From: Squalus acanthias
Taxonomy: Eukaryota
Assembly: GCA_030390025.1 (NCBI GenBank)
Contig: CM059432.1
Coordinates: forward strand, 52,206,001-52,270,000
Direction: 5' to 3'
Length of the DNA stretch: 64,000 nt
The notes under the pieces were generated by a model. It had not been told where the DNA came from. It saw only the letters and a list, made by a program, of their open reading frames with translations, and did not search any database. Position numbers and translations under genes: made by a program. Below, piece after piece: positions 25,191 through 36,699 of the stretch. The first letter of the stretch is position 1, and each line of letters opens with the position of its first letter.

Positions 25191-25800
25191 AAAATAGTGT
25201 TTTGTTTTTCTGCTGCTTCTTACTCTTACGGTTGAAATTGCCCCAGACTGTGACATCTTTGTTGAAAGTGGTGGAGAGCACCAACATTCCTGCTTGTGAA
25301 TATTTGCAAAATAAGTCAGTGAGTCAAGAATGGTGAAGTGTGAGGACAGAGCGGCAACAGATTAACAACAACAACTTGTGTTTATATAGTGCCTTTAACA
25401 TAGTAAAACATCCCAAGGTGCTTCACAGGAGCGTTATCAAATAATATTTGACACGGAGTCATTTTGCTGAGGACTTGAACCCACAACCTTCTGACGGCAA
25501 GGGTGCTACCAACTGAGCCACAGCTGACACACAATGCAACTCTCTATTACATACTCCACTGCTGGATTTTTGGACTTTTTGACATTTATGGAGGCTCAAG
25601 TGGCTCAATAATTGCTTCAGAAGATCTGCATCAGCACCAGTATTGGCTGACACGACCTAGTCAGGATTTAGGAATGTTGCAATATTGCGCTCTTGCAATT
25701 TTGTTGGCATTTCATTAATATGGTTGAAAAACATGCTTTTCATCCGTTTTTGCCCAGAAGAATGTTGACCCACTGGAGCATCAAACTGTGAGCACACAGA

Positions 25801-27544
25801 AATAAAAACAGAAAATGCTGGAAATACTCAGCAGGTCAAGCAGCATCTGTGGAGAGAGAAACAGAGTTAATGTTTCACCACCACCCTCCTCCGCCTGGCT
25901 GAACTTGAGGGCAACTTCTCCTTTGACTCCACTCACTTCCTCCAAATTAAAGGTGTTGCTATGGGAACCCGCATGGGTCCTAGCTATTTCGTGGGATATG
26001 TGGAACATTCTTTGTTCCAGTCCTACTCAGGTCCCCTCCCTCACCTCTTTTTCTGGTACATTGATGACTGTATCGGTGCTGTTTCCTGCTCTCGCCCTGA
26101 ACTAGAAAATTTCATTCACTTTGCTTCCAATTTCCACTCTTCCCTCACCTTCACATGGTCCATCTCCGACTCTTCCCTTCCCTTCTTCGACTTCTCTGTC
26201 TCCATCTCTGGGATAGGCTATTGACAAACATTCACTACAAGCCCACTGACTCCCACAGCTACCTGGACAGCACTTCCTCCCACCCAGCTTCCTGAAAGGA
26301 CTCTATTCCACTCTCCTAGTTTCTCCGTCTCCACCGCATCTGCTCTGACGATGCCACCTTCCATACTAGTGCTTCCGACATGTCTTCCTTTTTCCTCAAC
26401 CTAGGATTCCCCTCTACTGTGGTTGACACAGCCCTTGACCGTGTCCCTTTTATTTCCCGCACTTCTGCTCTCACCCCTTCCTCTCCCTCCCGGAACCACG
26501 ATAGGGTTCCCCTTGTCTTCACCTTTCACCACACCAGCCTCCACATTCAACGGATCATCCTCCGCCATTTCCGCCAACTCCAGCGTGATCCCACCACCAA
26601 ACAGATCTTCCCCTCACCTCCCCTTTCAGCATTCCAAAGGGACCGCTCCCTCCGCGACACCCTGGTCCACTCGTCTATCCCACCCAACACCCCTTCCCCT
26701 TCGCCCGGCACCTTCCCATGCTAGCGCAGGAGATGTAACAGATGCCCTTTTACCTCCTCCCTTCCCACTGTCCAGGGCCCCAAACACTCCTTCCAGGTGA
26801 AACAGCGATTTACTTGTACTTCTTGCAATTTAGTATACTGTATTCGCTGCTCACGATGCGGTCTCCTCTACAATGGGGAGACCAAACACAGATTGGGAGA
26901 ACGCCTTGCGGAACGCCTCCGTTCAGTCCGTAAGGGTGACCCCGAGCTACCGGTCGCCTGTCACTTTAATTCTCCGCTCCACTCCCACTCTGACCTCACC
27001 GTCCTCGGCCTCTTACACTGTTCCAATGAAGCTCAATGTAAGCTCGAGGAACAGCACCTCATCTTTCGATTAGGCACTTTACAGCCTTCTGGACTCAACA
27101 TCGAGTTCAACAATTTCAGACCATAACCTCTGCCCCTATCTTTTTGTTCCATTTCTTTTCCTCTCTCTCACATGGCAGCTGTCTTTCATTCTGCCAGTGC
27201 CATTTACACTTCATCTAGAGCCATCTTTTGTTTCTTAACTTGTCCCATTACCATCTCCTTTTGCCTTGCACCATCTCTTAATGTCTCTTAATCTCTCCTG
27301 CCTTCCATCCTATCACAGACCTTCCCTTTTGTTCTTTCCTCCCCTCCCCCCTATCCCTGCCCCTACACTTGCTTAAAAACCTGTTCGATCTCCAGCTTTT
27401 TCCAGTTCTGACGAAGGGTCATCGACCTGAAACGTTAACTCTGTTTCTCTCTCCACAGATGCTGCCTGACCTGCTGAGTATTTCTAGCATTTTCTGTTTT
27501 TATTTCAGATTTCCAGCATCCACAGTATTTTGCTTTTGTATTAG
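25801..27544 (+). mobile_element. Penelope-like element, 5'-truncated, with inverted 5' terminal fragment, RT end, GIY-YIG endonuclease and 3' pLTR
   Basis: MGTRMGPSY..WYIDDCIG (RT); NLVYCIRCSRCGLLYNGETKHRLGER..VACHFN..LEEQHLIFRLGTLQPSGLNIEF (GIY-YIG, 26797-27126); 25801-25876 is the inverse of ~27425-27505; 14-bp TSD TGTGAGCACACAGA (25787-25800 and 27545-27558). Confidence 0.92.
27404..27440 (+). ncRNA. Minimal hammerhead ribozyme motif in the Penelope 3' repeat
   Basis: AGTT-CTGACGA-AG-GGTC-ATC-GACC-T-GAAA-CGTT-AACT. Confidence 0.65.
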
Positions 27545-27834
27545 TGTGAGCACACAGAGCTGCTTTCCATAGCTTCAGCTGCTATTGTTTTAGGTGAGTT
27601 CAGAAGTGCTGTAAACGAGATTCATGCTTCACACCTTCTGCTGTTCCAGCCTGAGACTGTTACTCTGAACAAACAGCTATGCCATTTCTCAGTTTGGATG
27701 CTTAAGTCAAGCTGTCCAAGAGGGAAAATGAACACCAGGCTAGAGCTGAGTAATTCCAGTTTACTTTGCTGAGGTTAAAATTGCAGTAGAATATTACTAG
27801 AACTGTGAAGTACTTCCACTCAGCACACTTTCTT

Positions 27835-27920
27835 GTTGTCTTCTTCTTCTTAGGCAGTCCCTCGGAACCAAGGATGACTTGCTTCCACATTAAAAATGAG
27901 TTCTCTGGTGACTGATGAGT
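27835..27920 (-). mobile_element. RTE 3' tail fragment
   Basis: Reverse complement of 29190-29260, including the (AGA)n tail. Confidence 0.7.
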
Positions 27921-28776
27921 CCAAACAACAACATCTTGCATTTATATAGTGCCTTTACATAAAATTTACAGCACAGAAACAGGCCATTCAGCCCAACAGG
28001 GCTATGCAAGTATTTATGCTTCACACAAGCCTCCTCTCACTCTACTTCATCTAATCCTGTCAGCATATCCTTCTGTTCCTTTCTCCCTCATGTATTTATC
28101 TAGCTTCTCCTTAAATGCATAGCAAAACATCCCAAGGCACTTAAACCACCAGTGACTTTGTAAATATGATACAAAAATGCTTCAAAAATGGCTAAATTAT
28201 ACATAGACCTGATTAATATAAATATCCAGTATGTTTAATTATAAATGTAATTTGAAATTTTCAGCATGATTCCACAAATTATAAGTGATATTTTCTATTA
28301 ACCTGTAAATAACCTTATTTCAAAAAGTTTAAGTAGCTGTAACAAATCCTGTCCTGATTTATATATAATTTGGCTTGTTCTACATCCAAGTAAACCTCGT
28401 TAAAGTTTGGAAATTTTTCCATGCTAAAACACTTCAGTTTTTAACAGCTAATTTAAATTACCATATGTTCCTCTGCATACTTATTAAATGGTTCTGTTAT
28501 TAGTACTTTAAATATATTTGCACATGAATGGCCCTGACTATAGAGGTAATCCTTTTTTAACAACTTCTACAGCTTTCTTTTTTATTTCTTTACCTTCTTG
28601 TTTATGCCGCACCTTAGCATTCAGAGTCAGAAAGACCCATTATTGTAGTAAATCAACATTTTCAGCTTTTTTTTGTTCCATTTATTCATTCTTTACCATG
28701 CCCTCTTCTCCTGGAAGCACTGGCACTTACTAGAGTACAATTCCATGGGCACCAACAGCTCTCTAGTATTTGATGA

Positions 28777-29271
28777 CGTGTCCTTGAAGCGTTTCCTCTG
28801 CCCACCTGGGACTCTCTTGCCGTGTCGGAGCTCCGAGTAGAGCTCTTGTTTTGGGAGTCTCGTATCGGGCATGTGGACGATGTGGCCCGCCCATCGGAGC
28901 TGATCGAGCATGGTCAAAGCTTCAAGGACACCCTCAAAGCCTCCTTGAAAAAGTGCAACATCCCCACCGACACCTGGGAATCCCTGGCCCAAGACCGCAC
29001 AAAGTGGAGGAGAAGCATCCAGGAAGGCGCCGAACACCTCGAGTCTCTTCGCCGGGAGCAAGCGGAAGCCAAGCGTAAACAGCGGAAGGAGCGCACGTCA
29101 ACCCAAGCACCCCACCCAGCCCCCCCTTCAACCAGCGTCTGCCCCACCTGTGACAGAGACTGTAGGTCCCACATTGGACTCATCAGTCACCTGAGAACTC
29201 ATTTTTAGTGTGGAAGCAAGTCATCCTCGGTTCTGAGGGACTGCCTAAGAAGAAGAAGAAGAAGAAGAAGA
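28777..29271 (+). mobile_element. RTE-clade LINE 3' end with inverted 5' segment
   Basis: Minus part QLRWAGHIVHMPDTRLPKQELYSEL..GGQRKRFKDT; plus part FKDTLKASLKKC..WESLAQDRTKWR..CPTCDRDCRSHIGLISHLRTH*; (AGA)n tail; imperfect 12-bp TSD AGTATTTGATGA / AGTATTTCATCA. Confidence 0.88.
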
Positions 29272-29711
29272 AGTATTTCATCAAAATGGCCATTCTTCAC
29301 GTGTTTCCTGGTTATGTTCTCACCCACTGAGATCACACACACGCTATCCAGAAGGGTCATTGGTTCGCACTCAAACAGTGGGAACACTGACTGAAATTCG
29401 ACTCTATTGACTAGAGTTACTGACACCAATTGTAGAGCACCAACTGCTGTCATGGCAGAGATCAGTTAACTTGGCAGAGTCCAGGGGATTAGACCTGGGA
29501 CTTTCTGATCTATATGGCTTAGTTGCTCCATTTATAGTTCAGCGCAACTGCCGGATGCAGCCCCTACAATAGTTGGAAGCACTGTAATATAAATGAGGCA
29601 GCACGGGTACCTCCAGTTACATGCAGTACTACCACCTCATCCGATGCTATTGACCATCAAGCATAAACAATTGTCCTTGACTGGGCACGATACTGTGGAC
29701 TGCTATTTTGG

Positions 29712-30510
29712 TGTCAGCCTTGGCTCAGTGGTAGCACTTTTGCCTCTGAGTCAGAAGGTTGTGGGTTCAAGTCCCTCTCCAGAGACCTGAGCACAAACTT
29801 CAGGCCAACACTTCAGTGCATTACTGAGAGAGTGCTGCACTGTCAGAGGTCCCGCCTTTCAGATGAGATGTTAAACCGAGACCCCGTCAGCCCACTCTAG
29901 TAAAAGATCCCATAGCACTATTTAAAGAACCAACATCACTAAAAAAAAACAGATTATCTGGTCATTATCTCACTGCAGTTGTGGGAACATAGGAACAGGA
30001 GTAGGCCATTCAGCCCCTCGAGCTTGTTCCTGCCATTCAATGAGATCATGGCTGATCTGCGACCGAATTCCATATACCCGCCTTTGGCCCATATCCCTTA
30101 ATACCTTTGGTTAACAAAAAGCTATCAAGCTCAGATTTAAAATTAACAATTGATCTAGCATCAGTTGCCGTTTGCGGAAGAGAGTTCCAAACTTCTACCA
30201 CCCTTTGTGTGTAGAAGTGTTTCCTAATTTCACTCCGAAAGGTCTGGCTCTAATTTTTAGACTATGCCCCCTAGTCCTAGAATCCCCAACCAGCGGAAAT
30301 AGTTTCTCTTAATCGACCCTACCTGTTCCCCTTAATATTTAAAAACTTCTAAATTCTAGGGAATACAACCTTGCTGTGGGCAAATTGGCTGCTGTATTTC
30401 TCTACATTTCAGTTGTGACTACACGTCAAAAGTACTTCATTAGCTATAAAGCACTTTGGGACGTCCTAAGGTTGTAAAAGGCGCTATATAAATGCAAGTT
30501 CTTTCTTTTT
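29712..30510 (+). mobile_element. Deu-domain SINE (SacSINE1-like) interrupted by a minus-strand CR1 tail (~29985-30365)
   Basis: A box TGGCTCAGTGG (29721), B box GGTTCAAGTCC (29764), core GTGCTGCACTGTCAGAGG..CTTTCAGATGAGATGTTAAACCGAG, tail GCGCTATATAAATGCAAGTTCTTTC. Confidence 0.78.
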
Positions 30511-30920
30511 TTGCCATTTTGACTGAGTTCTGAGCCTGCATCTACAGCCCAGTTCTATAGCTTTGACATTGTTGGCCAGTATCAGCCTTACTCCAACATT
30601 GTGGAAGGTCATAATCCAAGACCTTAAGGTCACAATTGCAACTTTTGAACAACCATACATACGCAATCTCGAAAATGCACAGCTGATTCAGTGTTGCTGG
30701 TGCTCTGAAATCCACCCAGAAATTCAAGAGCACCAGCAGCTCACATATTAATGTGACATTTGCTACTATAAAATGATACAATTCCAGAAAAAGTCACTAT
30801 TTTCATGGGCTTCAAGTAACAGACAATACGACTTTAATACTGTGGTATTAACAACTTTTAAACTGAGCTAATAAGGGGAATTCAAATCTGCCCTCAATGC
30901 ACCTCTCAACAATAAATATA

Positions 30921-31680
30921 GGCCCGTATTTTCCAATGCCTACGGATGTGTACGGGCTGTGTACACACCCGTAGGGACATCGGAAATGCCGGTTTTAGGC
31001 ATGCTAAGCGCATGTGCTGAAAACCGGCATTTCCGATCTGTCAAGAATGCTCTTGACAGATCGGACGCCTGCCCTGGAGAAGGGCCTCTGCGAGGTGGAG
31101 AGTTCCGCTTTCTGCAGAACATCCGCCTGCTGAAAACCCTTAGAAATCTTACGCCTGGTAAAAGCAAGAATAAAGCCTGCTTTTACCAGCATAAGAGTTT
31201 TAAAAAGTTTTTTTTTTAATTCTCACTCATTTATAATTTAAAAATACTTTTAAAAAAGGTAAGTTTATTTTTAGCCCCGTAAAAAAACTTGAATTATTTT
31301 TTCAAAAAATTTAATTTTTGTTTAAACTATTTAATTTAATGTAATTTTAACTCATTTTAAAAACGTGATGGTTTTTAAAAAAATTATTTAATGTTTTAGT
31401 GTCTTTTTGGGGTGGTCCCCATTCATAATTTTGACAGGTCTATCTGTCAAAAGTATGAAGGGAGATTCCCTTCTTTCATTGGCTCGCCTGGCCCACGTGA
31501 TCCCAGGGATGCTTGCGAACTGCATGCTCCCCTGGGATACGTGGGCCCTGCGCATTTCGATTGTGGAGAGGCCCAGGAGCGGAAGTGTCCGGACCTCGGG
31601 AGCCCTCAGGTAAGTACGTAGATTTTCTTCCGACAGGAGGCATCTGCACGCAGGAAGCCTCCTATCAGAAATTACGGGCC
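30921..31680. mobile_element. Non-autonomous DNA transposon (probable PIF/Harbinger MITE)
   Basis: Termini GGCCCGTATTTTC / GAAATTACGGGCC; CpG-rich arms around an AT-rich centre; related to 41751-42516. Confidence 0.72.
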
Positions 31681-32539
31681 AATGTGTGTATTTTCTAAAT
31701 CTCTCTTCAAACATCTATGTCCCAAGGACTCAAAAGAGGCCAAAAACAAAAGAAGCACAGTTCATGGTACCTGAGCTGGTAAGTGCCATGCACATTGTGT
31801 ACTGAGTGCCAGATTCTATCCTGATTCTGTGTGGAGTTAATGTGCTTTCTTTTGTTGTTGCCTCGGGAGAGTGATCTCATCGTGTCACTTGTCTCCTTTT
31901 TTATCTGGTATCAGGTGCCAGTCTCCAGAGACACGTATTGGGCTCCACGGTAATATGCAAGTGCAAACGTGTGTGAATGGCTCCCCATATTTACTTTGCA
32001 GAACCATGAGGTTCTCTGCAGGTCCAGCTGTTTTCACTTGGGAGTGCAGCCCCAGGCATCAGAACTACAAGATCAGCTACATCCTGTAACATAAAAGGAA
32101 CTTTAGCTATTCTCAGTCAAGGCAGCAAGAAAGGAACTGCAAATGATCGCAACACCCTTAGGCTAGGGAGGGGACAATCAGCCAGGATTCCTGCACTCCA
32201 TGCAGTGATGTGGGATCTTCCAGGCCAATATGGTTCTGTAGCATCCAACAAAGTACATTTACCTACTGAATCATGAAAGCAGAATTATTATTAATATATT
32301 TTAAATATTGTACAACCTTTCCTGAGATGATAGAATCATATAATCTTACAGCACAGAAGGAGGCCATTCAGCCCATCATGCCTGTGCCATTGAAAGAGCT
32401 GTCCAATTAGTCTTACTCCCCTGCTCTCTCCCCATTGCCCTGCAATTTTCTCCCACCAAGTATTTATCCAATTCCCTTTTGAAAGTTACTATTGAATCTG
32501 CTTCCACCACCCTTTCAGGCAGTGCATTCCAGATCATAA

Positions 32540-33778
32540 TTTTTTTTAATTTATTCGTTCATGGGATGTGGACGTCGCTGGCAAGGCCAACATTTATTGC
32601 CCATCCCTAATTGCCCTTGAGAAGGTGGTGGTGAGCTGCCTTCTTGAACCGCTGTTCTTTGTAGCGGTTTGTTACAACTGAGTGGCTTGCTAGGCCATTT
32701 CAGAGGGCAGTTAAGAGTTAACCACATTGCTGTGTGTCTGGAGTCAGATATAGGCCAGACCGGGTAACGACGGCAGATTTCCTTCCCTAAAGGACATTAG
32801 TGAACCAGATGGGTTTTTACCACAATCCGGTAGTTTCATGGTCATCATTACTGATTCTAGCTTTTTATTCCAGATTTATTTAATTAACTGAATTAAATTC
32901 CCCAGTTGCGGTGGTGGGATTTGAATTCATGGGGGCAATTTTGTGAATGGGGGCGCGTTGGAGGCGGGACTGCAGCTTGTCGGGTCGATGTCCCGCCTCC
33001 ATCGATTTGTGGCCAACCCACGCTATTTTCCCTTGATTGACCTTGTTAAGCCCGTCCAGCGGGCTTAGCAGGCCAATCAAGGGAAAGACGGTTGCAGAGC
33101 AAGTCAATGTATGATGTTTCATCTGTCAAAAACTTTTGACAGATGAATTGTCATCGTTTGACAGCTCTGTGAAGCTGTCAAACAGTGACATTCTCTGCAG
33201 TTTGATGAGGTCTTGCATCCAAGACTTCATCAACCTTCTTTCTTTTACAGAAATGAGATGGTTGTTGCATCTGAGAATGCAACGGCCATCTCTCATCTGC
33301 AACACGGAGGTCCGAGAGTCTCTGCATACAAACCGACTGAAGCCTGCAGGAAGAAACAAAGGTAAGTACACTTTTAAAAACACTTTGCACTTACCTCAGA
33401 TACTCACCTCTACACTCTTGCACCCATCACTTACCTTCACACCACACTTTTGCACCCCCCCCCGACCCCCGCAGACCCAGTACTCGCCTCGCTGAGCTGG
33501 CGGGTTTTGGAGCCTTCGGGAAGCCCGCACTTGTGAGGGCAAAAAGGGGATAATCCTATTTTCTGCCTGTTAACTACCTGTTAACAGGCAGTTAATAGGC
33601 TTTAATCCCTTCCCGCCTCCAAGGAGACGGGACCCAGCGCGGGACGGCTACCCGCCTCCTGGGAAGATGGCATGGAGGCGGGTAGCCGTTTCTGCCATTT
33701 TCCCAGCAGTCCCACCTTCATACCCGCCTCCCTAGGGCTGGCAAAATTCCCCCCCCATGTCTCCGGATCATTAGTCCA
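32540..33778 (-). mobile_element. SINE-like deletion derivative of the family-B LINE (head + core + 3' tail)
   Basis: 32540-32654 matches the LINE 3' tail (1004-1113); 32655-32930 plus 33757-33778 match the LINE 5' region (8345-8620). Confidence 0.8.
32931..33755. mobile_element. Non-autonomous DNA transposon (probable PIF/Harbinger)
   Basis: Termini GGGGGCAATTTTG / CAAAATTCCCCC; apparent 3-bp TSD CAT splitting host GAATTCAT|GTCTCC; internal palindromes. Confidence 0.72.
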
Positions 33779-36006
33779 TTATAACTCGTTGTGTAAAAAA
33801 TGTCTCCTCATCTCACCTCTGGCTCTTTTGCCAATTAGTTAAAATCTGTGTCCTCTGATTACCAACCCCTCTGACACTGGAAACAGTTTCTCCTTATTTA
33901 CTCTTATCAAAATCCTTCATGATTTTGAACACCACTATTAAATCTCCCCATAACCTTCTCTGTTCTTAGGAGAACTATCTCAGCTTCTCTAGTCTCCCCA
34001 CGTAACTGAAGCTGCTCATCCCTGGTACCATTCTAGTAAATCTCCTCTGCATCCTCTCCAAGGCCTTGACATCCTTCCTAAAGTGTGGTGTCAGAATTGG
34101 ACACAATACTCCAGCTGAGGTCTAACCAGTGATTTCTAAAGGTTTAGCAGAACTTCCTTGCTTATGCACTCCATGACTCTATTTATAAAGCCAAGGATAC
34201 TGTATGCTTTTTTAACAGCCTTATCAAGTTGTCCTGCCACCTTCAAAGATTTCTGTACACAAACCCTCAGGTCTCTCTGTTCCTGCATCCCCTTTAAAAT
34301 TGTACCATTTAGTTTATATTGCCTCTCCTCCTTCTTACTTCCAAAATTCTCTGCCTTAAATTTCATCTACCATGGTCTGTCCATTTCACCAGTCTGTCTA
34401 TGTCCTTCTGAAGTCTGCTACTATCCTCCTCAATGCTTACTATTTTTCCGTGCATAAAGAAGCATTATTGTTGACCATAATTTTTATATAGGCTCCCTGA
34501 ATGGCTCAGCTAGCTTATTCAGTGAGTAAGTCATTCATACAGGTCAGGAATGTCCCAAGGTGGAACTCATACCACTACTACAACAACATATCAACAGCTT
34601 TAATGTAGAAAAACGTTCCAAGGTGCTTCATAGAAGAATTAAAACATTGCAGTACTATGGGGAAAGAGTAGGGGAGTGGGACCATTTGGAAAGCTCTTTC
34701 AAAGAGCTGGCTCAGGCACGATGGGCCGAATGGCCTCCTTCTGTGCTATAAGATTCTATGATTCTAATTAAAAAAATATTGATGCTCAGCTAAAGAAGGT
34801 ATTAGGAGGGGTGATCAAAAGCTTGGTCAAAAAGGTGGGTTTTAATGAGGGTCTTAAAGGAGGAGAGAGGTGGTGAGGCAGAGAGGTTTAGGAAGGGAAT
34901 TCCAGAGCATGGGGCCTAGATAGCTGAAGACAGGTCCACCAATGGTGAGGCTAAGGAAGGAGGGATGCACAAGAGGCTAGAATGCAGAGTTCTAGGGGGG
35001 GTTGTTGGGCTGGAGGAGGTTGTATTGATAGGGAGGGACGAAGCTATGAAGGGATTTAAACATGAGGATGAGAATATTAAATTAGAGGTGTTAGGGACTA
35101 GGAGCTAATGTAGGTCAGCAAGGATAGGGGTGATTGGTGCGCAAGATTTAATGTGTTTCCTGGTCTGTGCTGATGTTAGTTGATCTTAGTTGGAGTGGCA
35201 GTAAAAATGCCACTATGGCATCAGCAGTATGGGTTAGGATAAATAGGATAGAGCTCTCCCTTCTGATTGCTATCCAGCTCGTACATGAATAACAGCCACT
35301 TGATTGAGTTATTTAAAGAAAGAAAGAACTTGCATTTAAGTAGTGCCTTTCTTGACCTCATGATGTCCCAAAGCACTTCACAGCGAACAAAGTACTTTTG
35401 AAGTGCAATCACTGTTATAATGTTGGAAAACGCGGCAGTCAATTTGCACACAGCAAGATACTACAAACACCAGTGAGATAAACGACCAAATAACCTGTTT
35501 TAGTGATGTTAGTTGAGGGATAAATGTTGGCCAGGGCACTGGGGAGAATTCCCTTGCAACAAAAATTTCAGTAGATTGATTCCTGGGATGAGTGGGTTGT
35601 CCTATAAGAAGAGGTTGAGCAGAATGGGCTTATGCTCTCTGGAGTTTAGAAGAATGAGGGTCGTGGTTATTTGCAACACCAAATTTCTGATTGGTCCCCT
35701 TGGAGGACAGGACCAGATTTCTGATTGGTCCCCTTGGAGGACAAGACACACCCTGCCTGGAATGTGTAATTTGATCCTGCCTGCTGGAGTAATCAAGATC
35801 TTTGCAATGTGTAATTTGATCCAATCACTGTGACAACCAGGCGCCAGTGCTCACAGTGCTAACACTACTGCTTTCAGAGAACAGACAGGGCTCACCCTCC
35901 CGGGTTAGGAGCACTCACTGCGCTCACACTGCCGAATACAGATAGGAAGAGGTGAGGCCATGGAGGGATTTTAACATGAAGATGAGAATTTTAAAATCAA
36001 GGTGGA

Positions 36007-36177
36007 CAATGTTCTCGCTAATTTATTTTGGGTGCGCGGTCCCTTTAATGGGCTGTGCGGCCCATTCAAAATTTTTCACATGTGTAAAATCTCTCATGCA
36101 TAAAATCTCCTATTCAAAAGCAGCCTGCGCGGGACCTCCAGACTGCTGCGCAGATGTGCAGCTTAGCGGGAACGTTG
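36007..36177. mobile_element. hAT-type MITE (same family as 15874) inside an L2 fragment (~35940-36345, -)
   Basis: TIRs CAATGTTCTCGCTAA / TTAGCGGGAACGTTG; TSD AAGGTGGA / TTGGTGGA (6 of 8 match). Confidence 0.75.
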
Positions 36178-36699
36178 TTGGTGGACCATGAGCCAATATA
36201 GATCAGGGGTGATAGCACAGGGGTGATGGGTGAATGGGTCTTGCTGCGTGTTAGGATACATGCAGCAGAGTTTTGGATGAGCTCAAGTTCACTGAGGGTG
36301 GAAGATGGGAGGCTGGCCAGGAGAACATTGAAATAGTCGAGTCCGGCAAACAACCATAAATGTAATGTTATGCATGTTGTAGGACCAACACAGAATACGC
36401 TCTCATTTAAAAAAAAAAAAATTATTTATTGCCCATCCCTAGTTTCCCTTGAGAGGGTGGTAGTGAGCGGCTTTCTTGAACTGCTGGGCGAGGGGGGTGG
36501 GGTGTTGCGGGGGGGAGGAGAGGGAGAAGGTGTAGCTGTAAAGGGGTGGGGGTGGAAGAACATGATCCAGGCCTAAGAGAAGGCGGGAGAATGTGATCTA
36601 TCTTGCCATCCAGATCACGCTCTTGCTCTCATTTCCCCCTTCCTCCTTTAGACCTGGATCACGTTCTTTTCCCCTCCCCACTGTTCTTACCGTGCTCCC

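Larger units (their letters stand above)
32330..34440 (-). mobile_element. CR1 3' fragment containing a nested SINE-like element and a MITE
   Basis: ATAGAATCATA tail at ~32330; host resumes at ~33780; YKLNGTILKGMQEQRDL..AVKKAYSILGFINR. Confidence 0.8.

Noticed and set aside
29712..29790. tRNA genes (also ~8580-8667, 11585-11650, 25460-25530, 43650-43700)
   Set aside because: A/B boxes run directly into SINE bodies and no complete cloverleaf is evident.
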